Shown in pieces: positions 39,045 to 50,459 of a DNA stretch of 64,000 nt (positions within the stretch are counted from its first letter, which is position 1; every line of letters begins with the position of its first letter). The notes under the pieces are model-generated. The model had not been told where the DNA came from and made no database searches. It saw only the letters and a list, made by a program, of their open reading frames with translations. A program made the position numbers and the translations under genes. Source of the stretch: Dehalococcoidia bacterium. Lineage in GTDB: Bacteria; Chloroflexota; Dehalococcoidia; Bin125. The stretch spans positions 1 through 64,000 of the forward strand of contig CAXXNO010000008.1 of NCBI GenBank assembly GCA_963663235.2. Direction: 5' to 3'.

Positions 39045-40218
39045 CACGACGACCCCCGCCAAGATCGCCATCCGCGACTGCACGGTCGCGCGCGACGGCC
39101 GCACCGTCCTCCACGTCGATGCGCTGGATCTCCCCGCCGGCCGCGTCACCGCCCTCATCGGCCCCAACGGCGCGGGCAAGAGCACGCTCCTCGGCGTCTT
39201 GCAGCTCCTCGTCGAGCCCCTGCGCGGCGAGCTCCTCCTCGACGGCGCCCCCATGCGCCGCGATGTCCTGGCCACCCGCCGCCGCTTGGCCGCCGCCTTT
39301 CAGGACCCCTTGCTGCTCACGGGCAGCGTGCTTCACAACGTGGAGGTCGGGCAGGGGTTCCGCCGCGTTCCCCGCGGCCTGCGACGCGAACGCGCCCTCC
39401 GCTGGCTCAATCGCTTCGGCGTCGGGCATCTGGCCCAGCGACACGCCCGCGGGCTGTCCGGCGGCGAGGCGCGCCGCGTCAGCCTGGCCCGCGCATTCGC
39501 TCTGGAGCCGGAGGTGCTCTTGCTGGATGAGCCCTTCTCGGCGCTCGATGCTCCCACCCGGACCGCCCTCATCGATGATTTCGCCGCCATCGTCCGCGGC
39601 CTTGGCGTGACCACCGTCCTTGTCACTCACGACCGCGATGAGGCGCTGCGCCTTGGCGACCAGATCGTCGTCCTGATCGACGGCACCGTCCGCCAGGTCG
39701 CCCCCCCCGCCGAGGTCTTCGGCGCCCCCGTGGACGAGGCCGTCGCCGCCGTTGTGGGCGTCGAGAACGTCTGGCCGGCTCGCCTCGCCGCTGTCCACGC
39801 CGCTGTCCACGACGCTGCCCACGACGACGGTGTCGCCGTCTACGACGTCGCCGGCCACCACGTCCAGGTGGCGGCGGAGCGCCCCCCGCCCGCCGCGCTC
39901 CTCTGCCTCCGCCCCGAGGAGATCACCCTCCTGGCCCCGGATGACCATCCGGCTGGCAGCGCCCGCAACCGTCTCCCGGTCACGGTCCGGGAGATCACAC
40001 CCGCGGGAGGCGTCGTGCGCTTGCGTCTGGCTCTGGAGCGCGCTCCCGGCGCCCCCCAGGCTGCCGGCGCCACTGGCGCAACCGCCCCCACCATGGTCGC
40101 CACCATCACCCGGCCCTCGCTGGAGGCCCTGGGCATCGACGTCGGCAGCCCCGTCGTGGCGATGTTCAAGGCCACCGCCGCCCATCTGATCCCGCAGGCG
40201 GCGGGGAGCGACGCCTGA
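39040..40218 (+). CDS. tupC: Tungstate ABC transporter ATPase with C-terminal TOBE domains (no canonical start codon found before Walker A)
   Basis: GPNGAGKST, LSGGE, LLLDEPFSALD, VTHD. Confidence 0.85.
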   Translation, partial: PDTTTPAKIAIRDCTVARDGRTVLHVDALDLPAGRVTALIGPNGAGKSTLLGVLQLLVEPLRGELLLDGAPMRRDVLATRRRLAAAFQDPLLLTGSVLHNVEVGQGFRRVPRGLRRERALRWLNRFGVGHLAQRHARGLSGGEARRVSLARAFALEPEVLLLDEPFSALDAPTRTALIDDFAAIVRGLGVTTVLVTHDRDEALRLGDQIVVLIDGTVRQVAPPAEVFGAPVDEAVAAVVGVENVWPARLAAVHAAVHDAAHDDGVAVYDVAGHHVQVAAERPPPAALLCLRPEEITLLAPDDHPAGSARNRLPVTVREITPAGGVVRLRLALERAPGAPQAAGATGATAPTMVATITRPSLEALGIDVGSPVVAMFKATAAHLIPQAAGSDA

Positions 40219-40286
40219 CTCAGCCGCCGAATACTTCCGGCAACGGCCATCCCCGCCGCACCGCCCCGCCGCTGTAGCCTGGTGCC

Positions 40287-40808
40287 GTGGCCACCTTGCA
40301 GCGGCTGCCCGTGCGCGAGTTCCTCTTCCGCGTCCGCGACCAGGCGCAGGCGTCGCTCGATGGCCGCGCCGACCGCGCCTCCGCCCGCGTCGTCTTCTCC
40401 AGCCTCCAGTTCCACTTCGGCGACCCGCGCCTCCACTACGAGGTCTGGCCCGTGCGCAAGACCGGCCGCATCGAGGTCGGACTCCACATCGAAGGCCCTC
40501 GCGATTGGAGCCGCGCCGTCGCTACGCGCTTGGCCGCCCGCGCTGACGATATCCGCCGCGCCCTGGGGCCTGCCTACGAGCTGGAAGAGTGGACCGCGGC
40601 TTGGTGCCGCCTGCACGAGACCGTGCCCTACGACAGATTGACCGACGATCTCGTCTCCGATGTCGCCGCCCGCTTGGTCGCGCTCGTCGATGCCGTCCAG
40701 CCCATCCTCGGCTCGCTCTCCCTCACCGATCTGGACGGCCTCGGCGCTCCCGCCTCGGGACCGCGAAAGCGCGGCGGCCGCCGCTGGCGCCGCCGCCGCT
40801 CTGCCTGA
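40287..40808 (+). CDS. Hypothetical protein
   Basis: 173-aa ORF with typical codon usage, TAGCCT -10 six nt before GTG. Confidence 0.65.
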   Translation: MATLQRLPVREFLFRVRDQAQASLDGRADRASARVVFSSLQFHFGDPRLHYEVWPVRKTGRIEVGLHIEGPRDWSRAVATRLAARADDIRRALGPAYELEEWTAAWCRLHETVPYDRLTDDLVSDVAARLVALVDAVQPILGSLSLTDLDGLGAPASGPRKRGGRRWRRRRSA

Positions 40809-40860
40809 CGTCCTGCCAGCAAACGAACAAAGCAAACGAACGAAGCAAACCAACAAAGTG

Positions 40861-40888
40861 AACGGGCCTCCCTGGGGGGAGGCCCGTT
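40861..40888. terminator. Intrinsic terminator between convergent genes (probably bidirectional)
   Basis: AACGGGCCTCC-ctgggg-GGAGGCCCGTT; T-rich tract follows on the minus strand. Confidence 0.75.
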
Positions 40889-40957
40889 TCGTGCATCTCG
40901 GCTCGCGCTCGGCCGCTGATCGGCCCGCTTAGGATATCCCGTCTAGGACATCCCCCC

Positions 40958-42805
<1,848 letters not shown>

Positions 42806-43798
42806 CTATCGGGCCGGCTCGGACGCCGCTTCCCTTTCCTCCGCCGCGGTCGGCGGCTCCTCCTCCTGCGCGGGCGCGCTGTACCAGCGGGGATCTTGCT
42901 CCCGCGCGCTGCGCAGGAAGGTGCCGACCCGCTCCCGGATGCCGGCCGGGCCGCCAATCTGGCTCCGCACCACCTGATAGAGCTCTTCACGGTCCGGCGG
43001 CAGCGAGATGCCCGTGCCGCGGTGGATCCGGGCGCCGTCGTCGGTGTCCAGCCCGCACCACAGTCCCAACTGGTGGCAGAAGGCGTTCGCCAGAGCGACA
43101 ACGAAACTGAGTCCGTTCTGCTCATCCAGCCGGTCGAGGTCTTCGTGCTCGCCGATGGCCAGGCACAACTCCTCTGGGAAGTTCCAGCGCTCAGCCAGGA
43201 GCGCGCCCACCTCCGCGTGGTCGTAGCCCAACCGCTCTTGCTCGGCCTGCCGCAGCGGGATCCGCTCGCCCAGGGCGTGCCAGACCGCCTCGCCGAAAAG
43301 ATCGGTCCGGTACTGCGTCAACACCAACCGTCCGATGTCGTGCAGGACCCCGGCGGTGAACGCCTCTTCGGGTTTGGCGTACCCCGTCTCTTTGGCCAGC
43401 ACCTCGGCCATGACCCCGGCGGCCACGCTGTGCCCCCAGAACAGGTCGACGCTGAACGGGCCTGTCTCCACGCCGGGAAAGAGGTCCATGATCGAGGTGG
43501 CGATCGCAGTGGCCCGCACCTCGCGAAAGCCGAGCAGGATCACCGCGTCCCGCACCGTGGTGATCCTGCGGGCGTAGCCGTAGAACGCCGAGTTCCCCAG
43601 CCGCCGCAGCTTGGCCGTCAGGGCGGCGTCGGTCGCCAGCACGCCGGCGAGGTCGTTGGCCGAGAAGCGGTCGCCGTCGGTGACCTGGATCACCCGCCGG
43701 GCGACGCCGGGCAGCGGTGCCAGGGCGTCCACTTCCTCGATGAGCTCGTGATCGCCTCCTGCGTTGGCGGGGCCATGGGGTCGCGTGCCTCCTTGCAC
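42806..43798 (-). CDS. HDOD domain protein (start uncertain)
   Basis: DAALTAKL, NSAFYG, FWGHS, AGVLHDIG, HAEVGALLAERWNFP. Confidence 0.88.
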   Translation of the reverse strand: MQGGTRPHGPANAGGDHELIEEVDALAPLPGVARRVIQVTDGDRFSANDLAGVLATDAALTAKLRRLGNSAFYGYARRITTVRDAVILLGFREVRATAIATSIMDLFPGVETGPFSVDLFWGHSVAAGVMAEVLAKETGYAKPEEAFTAGVLHDIGRLVLTQYRTDLFGEAVWHALGERIPLRQAEQERLGYDHAEVGALLAERWNFPEELCLAIGEHEDLDRLDEQNGLSFVVALANAFCHQLGLWCGLDTDDGARIHRGTGISLPPDREELYQVVRSQIGGPAGIRERVGTFLRSAREQDPRWYSAPAQEEEPPTAAEEREAASEPAR

Positions 43799-43866
43799 AG
43801 GACGGTGCCGCCGGCGGGCGCGATATCGCTAGTCCTGTCAGATCATCGACACCCCGGCCTGGCCCC

Positions 43867-44328
43867 TCACCCCGTCCCCCCCATCCCGCTGCCTCGCTGC
43901 GCCCTTCCCAGGAGCAGCCCGGCCCGCCATGGCGGCCAGTAGCGCAGCCAGGCCACCCCCAGCAGGTGCCGCCGCGCCAGCGACCCAAATTCCCGGCTAT
44001 CGCTGCTCCCCTCCGGGTTGTCGCCCAGCAGGATCAGCCCCCCGCCACCGTGATCGACGGCGGCCACCCGCTTGATCACCGTTAGCCCGGGCCGGTCCGG
44101 CCGTCGCGCTACCACGATCCAGCCCGGTCGCGGGCGGCAGAGGCGCTGGGGGAGGGCGGTCGCCAGCACGTAGTCACCGGGCTCCAGCGTCGGCGTCATG
44201 CTCTGCCCCTGGACCTCGAACCGGGTGGATCGACGCAGGATCAGCACCGCCACCACCCCCAGGCCCGCGACGGCCGCCCAGCGCGGCGCCGTCAAGCAGT
44301 TTGCGGACATGTTCTGGGAATCCAACAA
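43867..44328 (-). CDS. sodX: S26 peptidase, Ni-SOD maturation protease-like; 5' end possibly rearranged
   Basis: VQGQSMTPTL, VIKRV, LGDNPEGSSDSREFG, RYWP. Confidence 0.7.
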   Translation of the reverse strand: MLDSQNMSANCLTAPRWAAVAGLGVVAVLILRRSTRFEVQGQSMTPTLEPGDYVLATALPQRLCRPRPGWIVVARRPDRPGLTVIKRVAAVDHGGGGLILLGDNPEGSSDSREFGSLARRHLLGVAWLRYWPPWRAGLLLGRAQRGSGMGGTG

Positions 44329-44332
44329 GTAG
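44270..44332 (+). pseudogene. Possible 3' remnant of nickel superoxide dismutase (sodN)
   Basis: AVKQFADMFWESNK* resembles the SodN C-terminus; adjacent to sodX-like gene. Confidence 0.5.
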
Positions 44333-44391
44333 CCGACGCGGTGCCATGCGCCCGCCGACTGGCCACCGGCGGCGGGCGCATGGCCTCGACG

Positions 44392-44700
44392 CTAGTGCGG
44401 GTGGTCGTGACCGTGTTCGCCGCCGCCCCAGCCGCCCCCCATGTCGTCCTCGCCCATGCCGCCGCCGTCCCAGCCGCCCCCCATGTCGTCCTCGCCCATG
44501 CCGCCGCCCATGTCGCCGAACGAAAAATCGTCCCCGCTGCTGCCTCCGCCGCCCGGCGCTCGGATCGCGCTGGCGGAGAACAGCCGCTTCGCGGGCGCGC
44601 TGTCTTTGGGGCAGGTGGCGGGCTCGCCGGCCCCATCGCGGCTTCGGATGAGGTCAAAGACCTCTTTACACTGCGTGCAGCGAAACTCGTATACGGGCAT
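44392..44700 (-). CDS. FmdB family zinc-ribbon protein with repeated GGGMGEDDMGGGW tail
   Basis: MPVYEFRCTQC...CPKD. Confidence 0.85.
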   Translation of the reverse strand: MPVYEFRCTQCKEVFDLIRSRDGAGEPATCPKDSAPAKRLFSASAIRAPGGGGSSGDDFSFGDMGGGMGEDDMGGGWDGGGMGEDDMGGGWGGGEHGHDHPH

Positions 44701-44767
44701 TCGTCCCTCTCCGGCATTCCCGCTGTCTCGAGCCCCCGATGTCTCGAGTCGTCCTCGCGGTCGTTGC

Positions 44768-45433
44768 CTAGGATAGCCGCTCTTGTCGGAAGTGGTGCAT
44801 GGCGTACGCCACCCCCGCCGCGATGTCGAAGCCGCCCTCCTCCTGCTCCAGCTCGTTGGACACGCCCTGGCTCTCGCCCAGCCGCAGCGTGTGGCCGCGC
44901 AGCCGGTAGCGCAGGCCGTGCGTGGTGACCCCCGTTACCGTCTCGCTGATCGGGATCAGCGAGACGTAGTCCCCCACGGCCCCGCGAAACCGCACCGAGC
45001 GCAACCCCTCGCTCTGCAGCGCTACGGCCTCGCTCCAGTCGCTGATCGCGGTGACGCGCAGGTCTCGGAACGCCGGCGCCAGCGGATACAGCAAGTTCGC
45101 CAGTCCGTGGTCCAGGCGGCCGCTTCCGCGCACCCCGGCCAGGATCACCTCGCGGGCGCCCCGCTGCTGCGCCAGCAGCAGCGCGACGTGCCCGTCGGTC
45201 TTTTGCTCCCGCTCGGGGTGCGCTTCCACCTCGACGCCTGCCGCCCGCAGCCGCTCCACCGTTTCGACGCCCAGCGAGTCGAAGTCCCCGATCACCACCT
45301 GCGGGCTCACGCCCAGCGCCGCGAGCCGCTCCGCCCCCCCGTCCGCCGCGATGACCAGATCTGCCTCGCGCAGGTGCCGGCGCAACAGCGCCGTGTCCTC
45401 TACCTCACCCGCCAGCACCACGACGGCCTTCAT
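44768..45433 (-). CDS. thiN: Thiamine diphosphokinase
   Basis: IAADGGA, IGDFDS, KTDG, GRLDH, GVSNE. Confidence 0.92.
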   Translation of the reverse strand: MKAVVVLAGEVEDTALLRRHLREADLVIAADGGAERLAALGVSPQVVIGDFDSLGVETVERLRAAGVEVEAHPEREQKTDGHVALLLAQQRGAREVILAGVRGSGRLDHGLANLLYPLAPAFRDLRVTAISDWSEAVALQSEGLRSVRFRGAVGDYVSLIPISETVTGVTTHGLRYRLRGHTLRLGESQGVSNELEQEEGGFDIAAGVAYAMHHFRQERLS

Positions 45434-45487
45434 CGCTCCTGCTGTCCCGCGCTGACCTCCCAGCCCCTTAGCGCCGCCCTTAACGCC

Positions 45488-45522
45488 AAACGGGGCGCCT
45501 CGGCCGAGACGCCCCGTTCGTT
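45488..45522 (-). terminator. Hairpin terminator after thiolase
   Basis: AACGGGGCG...CGCCCCGTT inverted repeat. Confidence 0.6.
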
Positions 45523-45539
45523 GGCTCTGTTCTCAAACC

Positions 45540-46691
45540 CTACTTGGTCAGGATGTGGACCGCGCAGGCGCTGCCCAGTCCGATGGTGTGCGCCATCCCC
45601 ACCTTGTGGTTTGGCACCTGCCGCCCACCCGCCTGCCCGCGCAGCTGCCAGGTGATCTCGCAGATGTTGGCCACCCCGGTCGCGCCGATCGGGTGCCCCT
45701 TGGAGAGCAGGCCGCCGCTGGTGTTCACGGGCGTCCAGCGCGGGTCGCCCTGGGGGCCGTTGAGGTCGGTCAGCTTCTCGTCCACCCAGCGGCCGGCTTC
45801 CCCTTCGGGCGCCAGCTGCAGGTTCTCGTAGTGCAGGACCTCCGCTGTGGCGAAGCAGTCGTGCAGCTCCACGCTGCTCACGTCCTCCGGCCCCAGCCCC
45901 GCCTGCTCGTAGGCCTCTTTGGCCGCGTTCACTGTCATCGTGTTCACGTCCGGGAAGGTCAGCACGCGGTCCGTGTACGGGTCCGTCGTCAGCGCCGACG
46001 CCGCGATCCGGATCGGCATCGTTGTGTACTTCGCCGCCTTCTCCTTCGACATGATGATCGCCGCTGCGGCCCCGTCGCCTGTCGGGCAGCACATGTAGAG
46101 CGTGTTCGGGTAGGCCACCATGCGGCCGTTGAGCACGTCCTCCAGGCTCACTTGCACTTGATACTGGCTCAACGGGTTCGCCATCGCGTGCTCGTGGTTC
46201 TTCACCGACACCTGCGCGAACTGCTCGATCGTTGTGCCGTACTTGCGCGAGTGCTCCAGCCCCGCCATGCCGAACACCCCCGGCATCGTCCCTGTGCCCA
46301 TCACCCCCTCGGGCGAGTAGGCCGGGTCGCCGGCGATCCCGCCCAGCAGCCCCTGCTTCCCCATCTGCTCCACTCCCACCGCCAGCGCGATGTCGTACGC
46401 GCCGGACCCCACCGCAAAGTACGCTTCGCGGAACGCCGTCGATCCCGTGGCGCAGGCGTTCGCGACGTTGTAGACCGGGATCCCGGTCATCCCCACTTCT
46501 TTGAGGATCTTCTGCCCGATCATGTTCGTCTGGTACAGGCTGCCGGCCGCCATCATCTGGATGTCCGGCATCTGCACGCTGGCGTCTTGCAGCGCGAGCT
46601 GCACCGCCTGCGCCCCCAGCGTGGCCACGTTCTCCTCTGGGTAGCGCCCGAACTTGATCATGCCTACGCCCACTACGTATGCGTCTTGCAT
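45540..46691 (-). CDS. Thiolase family protein (SCP-x/lipid-transfer type)
   Basis: NACATGS, ELHDCF, SGGLLSKGHPIGATG. Confidence 0.92.
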   Translation of the reverse strand: MQDAYVVGVGMIKFGRYPEENVATLGAQAVQLALQDASVQMPDIQMMAAGSLYQTNMIGQKILKEVGMTGIPVYNVANACATGSTAFREAYFAVGSGAYDIALAVGVEQMGKQGLLGGIAGDPAYSPEGVMGTGTMPGVFGMAGLEHSRKYGTTIEQFAQVSVKNHEHAMANPLSQYQVQVSLEDVLNGRMVAYPNTLYMCCPTGDGAAAAIIMSKEKAAKYTTMPIRIAASALTTDPYTDRVLTFPDVNTMTVNAAKEAYEQAGLGPEDVSSVELHDCFATAEVLHYENLQLAPEGEAGRWVDEKLTDLNGPQGDPRWTPVNTSGGLLSKGHPIGATGVANICEITWQLRGQAGGRQVPNHKVGMAHTIGLGSACAVHILTK

Positions 46692-46792
46692 CTCGCCTGC
46701 TCCTTTGCTCTCCGCGGGCCAACTGCCGCCGGCCCGGCTCTCCGGTGGCCGGACGCGCCCGGTCTCCCGGACCCGCCCAGTCTAGCACCCGC

Positions 46793-47269
46793 CTACGCGG
46801 GCTCGTACTCGAAGACCACCACCTCGTTGCCCTCGCCGTCTTTATGCGCGATGGCCGCCTTGGCCCGCACTTTCATCCCCATCTTGACGTGCTTCGGGTC
46901 CGGCTCCACCCCCACCACGTTGGCCCGAACCGCCACCTTGCGATCCGCCTGCCCTTCCACGGGCACGTCGATGATCGCGCCCACGAACGGCGTCGTGATC
47001 CCCGGCCACGACTGGTGCACGATCGTGTAGATCCAGATCTCGCCCTCGGGGCTCAGCCGCACCGGCGTGAACTGCTCTGCGTCGTGCCCCTGGCACGCCG
47101 GACACGCCCGGCGCGTGCGCACGTAGAGCTGCACGATCTTGCAACTCTTGCACTGCATCCCCTCCAGGTACGCCCCCTCTAGGCTGTCCGCGTTCGGCAG
47201 CTTGATGTACTCCGTCATGGGCCGCAGCCCCGGCTTCGTTTCCGCCGCCTCTTTGGTCTTGGTCGCCAT
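46793..47269 (-). CDS. Zn-ribbon OB-fold (DUF35) protein, thiolase partner
   Basis: CKSC...CPAC, GEIWIYTIVH, GMKVRA. Confidence 0.88.
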   Translation of the reverse strand: MATKTKEAAETKPGLRPMTEYIKLPNADSLEGAYLEGMQCKSCKIVQLYVRTRRACPACQGHDAEQFTPVRLSPEGEIWIYTIVHQSWPGITTPFVGAIIDVPVEGQADRKVAVRANVVGVEPDPKHVKMGMKVRAKAAIAHKDGEGNEVVVFEYEPA

Positions 47270-47307
47270 AATCCCCCTCCACGGCCGGGTGGCCCCAGCG
47301 CCCGCCC

Positions 47308-47335
47308 ATTATCGTGACCCAGCGATCCCCGTCAA
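47308..47335 (-). promoter_or_regulatory. Possible sigma70 promoter for DUF35-thiolase operon
   Basis: TTGACG-N16-GATAAT. Confidence 0.4.
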
Positions 47336-47467
47336 GCGCCTGCCTCGACCGCGCTGCCGTCGATCCCAGTGTATCGGCCCCAGTGTATCGATCTTGGCCC
47401 GGCCGCTGTGGCGGCACGCCGTTCGGCCCCGCCTTCCCCCCCTACCCCGACCGGTACTTCGCGCTGC

Positions 47468-47616
47468 CCCGTTCGTCCTGACCTGTGGTGAGCCTGTCGA
47501 ACCAGCCTGTCGAAGGATGAACGGGGCGCCGTTCCGCCCGCCTTCCCCTGACCTGTGGTGAGCCTGTCGAACCAGCCTGTCGAAGGATGAACGGGGCGCC
47601 GTTCCGCCCGCCTTCC
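47468..47616. repeat. 70-bp tandem duplication of nested REP-like unit
   Basis: 47477-47546 equals 47547-47616. Confidence 0.92.
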
Positions 47617-47617
47617 C

Positions 47618-48145
47618 CTACCCCGACCGATACCGCGCCTTCTGCGACGGCTGCAGCGCCTCCACGTCCTCGAACGCCCGATCGTAGATCTGCGGCGGCT
47701 CCCACCTGTTCAGCCCCGCGTACGTGTCGATCTGGCTGCGGTGGTGTACGTCGTGCTCCACCATCATCATCAGCAGCCGCCAGGCCGTGACCGTGCCCTC
47801 CGTGTCGATCAAGTCGATCTTGCGACGCAGCCATTCATCGGGGCTGCCCTCCAGCGCCGCCACCACCAGGTCCCCGCTCTCCTCCAGCGCCGGCAGCCAC
47901 CGCTCCTGGCTGCTCACGTCCGGCGCCTCCGGGAAGATCCACCCCTCACCCCGGTACGCGCTCACGAAGTACCCCCGCGACTGCGCCATGTGCGCCACGA
48001 TGCGGTTCACGCTCCACCCCTGCTCCCCCTCCCCCACCGCCGGCGCCCACCCCTCCGCCTCCGGCGGCAGCGCCCCCACGTCCCGCATCGCCCGACGGTT
48101 GATCGACCCGAAGTACCGCAGAAAATCCCCCATGCTCGTCAGCAT
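47618..48145 (-). CDS. DinB family protein
   Basis: WSVNRIVAHMA, EHDVHHRSQI metal-binding histidines. Confidence 0.85.
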   Translation of the reverse strand: MLTSMGDFLRYFGSINRRAMRDVGALPPEAEGWAPAVGEGEQGWSVNRIVAHMAQSRGYFVSAYRGEGWIFPEAPDVSSQERWLPALEESGDLVVAALEGSPDEWLRRKIDLIDTEGTVTAWRLLMMMVEHDVHHRSQIDTYAGLNRWEPPQIYDRAFEDVEALQPSQKARYRSG

Positions 48146-48247
48146 CTCCGGCTCCCTCCCGCGCCGCAGCGCTGCGGGCAGTCTACCCGCTCCCGTCCGG
48201 CCGCTGGCCTGGGCAGCATCCCTCGTTCCACCGCCCGCACCCGCCCC

Positions 48248-50072
48248 CTAAGCTTCCTCCCCGTCGTCGCTGCCTTCCTCGTCGATCCACCGGATCGCGT
48301 CGTATCCATCGACACCCCGCAGCGCCTCCTCCCACTTGCGCTCTACCCGCGCACCACCAAATCTCGTCGACGCATTCGACTGCACGTCGAAGAGGTTCGC
48401 GCCGCGCAGGTCCGCGCCCGACAAGTTCGCGCCGCGCAGGTCCGCGCCCGACAAGTTCGCGCCGCGCAGGTCTGCGCCCGACAAGTTCGCGCCGCGCAGG
48501 TCCGCGCCCGACAAGTCCGCGCCCACCAGGTCCGCGCTCGACAGGTCCGCGACCACCGGGCCCGCGCTCGACAGGTCCGCGCCCGCCAGGCCCGCGCTTG
48601 ACAGGTCCGTGCCCCCCAGGGCCGCGCCCGACAAGTCCGCTCCCCCCAGAAGCGCGGCCGACAAGTTCGCGTGCTCCAGGTGCGCGTGCGACAAGTCCGC
48701 GCCCTCTAGGTGCGAGTGCGACAAGTTCGCGCGCTCCAGACCCGCGTCCGACAAGTCCGCGTTCTCCAGGCGCGCGCCTGACAAGTCCGCCTCTCCCAGG
48801 GCCGCGCCCGACAAGTCCACCTCCCCCCGCGCCCGACAAGTCCACCTCCCCCAGGTGCGCGCCCGACAAGTTCGCGCCCTCCAGGTTCGCGCCCGACAAG
48901 TCCGCGGCCCCCAGGCGCGCGCCCGACAAGTCCGCGCCCCCCAGGTGCGCGCCCGACAAGTCCGCGCCCCCCAGGTGCGCGCCCGACAAGTTCGCGTCCA
49001 CCAGGCGCGCGCGCGACAAGTTCGCGTCGGCCAGATCCGCGTCCGACAAGTCCGCGCCCATCAGGCGCGCATCCGACAAGTCCGCGCCCATCAGGCGCGC
49101 GCCCGACAAGTCCGCGTTCCACAGGCGCGCGCCCGACAAGTTCGCGTCGGCCAGATCCGCGTCCGACAAGTCCGCGCCCCGCAGGAACGCGCCCGACAAG
49201 TCCGCCTCCGTCAGGTCGACACCGCGCAGGTTCGTGCCGTGGAGATCGAGCGCACCAGCGTCGGCAACCTCCTTCTTCGGCCGGTTCCGCTTCAATACGC
49301 CCACTACTGCCAGAAGATCGTGGCGCGTAACAGGCTCGTCTTCTTTCTCCTCCTCGGGCTCGGCCGCCTCCTCCTCGGAAGTGACTCTGTCCTCTTCGCC
49401 CTCTTCCTGCTCGGGATCAGTCTCCCTTTCTCGCTTCTCGCGCACGCGCGGCGAGTGCAGCCGCAGGTACGCCGCCAGGATGTCCATCACCGGCCGGTAG
49501 TCCTCGTCCGACTCCTGCGCGATCCGCTCCAGCGTCCGGATCGCCCCCAGCCGGATCTCGATGCGCGGCTTCCCCTCGCCGTCTTCTGCCCCCAGCTGCT
49601 CCATCGCTCGGATGAAACGGTCGGTGATCTGCCCCTGCTGCTCCACCATGATCCGGCGCCACGCGAAATACGCCCCCGCGATGCCCACTGAGAACACCAG
49701 CCCACCGGCGATGACCGCGACCAGCGTCCGCCGCGCCGAGTCCTCCCGCTCCAGACGCTCCCGCACGCTTAGGCTCGGCGTGTCGCCCACCTGCCGCTCC
49801 GGCACCTTCCACAGAACCACGAAGACAATGGCGATCAGCGCGATCGCCAGCGCAATCCGTATTTCTCCCCTACGCAGCGCCCTCTCCACCAGACCCCGCC
49901 CCGCGGTGTAGCGCCTGCTCAGCCACAGACCCAGCCGCAGCAACCTGCGGACGGCGCGGGTCTTGCGGCGGCCGATCCTGCGTCGCAGGCGGGCGAGCCT
50001 GGATCGCGTTTCCCACGCCCCCCGCCGCGCGCGGCGCCACGCCCACCCCGCCGGGCCCAAGAACTTCGCCAT
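48248..50072 (-). pseudogene. Membrane-anchored pentapeptide-repeat protein, frameshifted at ~48827
   Basis: Two TM helices, QITDRFIRAMEQLG/IRLGAIRTLERIA domain, >50 A(D/N)LSG-type repeats; one 30-bp unit shortened to 25 bp. Confidence 0.8.
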
Positions 50073-50298
50073 GGCCCGGATGTTAGTCGCTTCCCCAGCC
50101 ACGCAATGCCTGCGCGACTCGCGCTTGTCGGGAAGCAGTCTCGCCTTCGGACGGCCTCAGCTACCCCGCGCCCACGCCGCCGCTCAGACCGTTCCGCCCA
50201 TTGATACCTCTAACCCTGGTCTCGTCCACACACCATCGGGTCGGCACCCGAAAACGCGTTCCATTCTCCAAGTCTGTCTCGCTCTATGCAGTCATCGT

Positions 50299-50327
50299 TT
50301 GAGACCCCGCCACCCCCGTGCCATAAT
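50299..50327 (+). promoter_or_regulatory. Sigma70-like promoter without obvious downstream gene
   Basis: TTGAGA-N17-CATAAT with TGn extension. Confidence 0.5.
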
Positions 50328-50368
50328 GCACAAGTGAACTACTCGCGCCCCTCCCCTCGATGTGATCG

Positions 50369-50459
50369 CTGTCCGGCTCCCGTCCGCCCCCTGTCCCCGC
50401 CCGTCCCTCGCCTGTCCAACCCCCGTCCGACGCTGACTGCCGCCCGTCCCTTTCTGTCG
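50369..50459. repeat. Helically phased C(T/C)GTCC array
   Basis: Nine hexamers (seven exact) spaced 10-11 bp. Confidence 0.85.

Noticed and set aside
48390-49250. Diversity-generating retroelement
   Set aside because: No reverse transcriptase and no adenine-specific TR/VR pair
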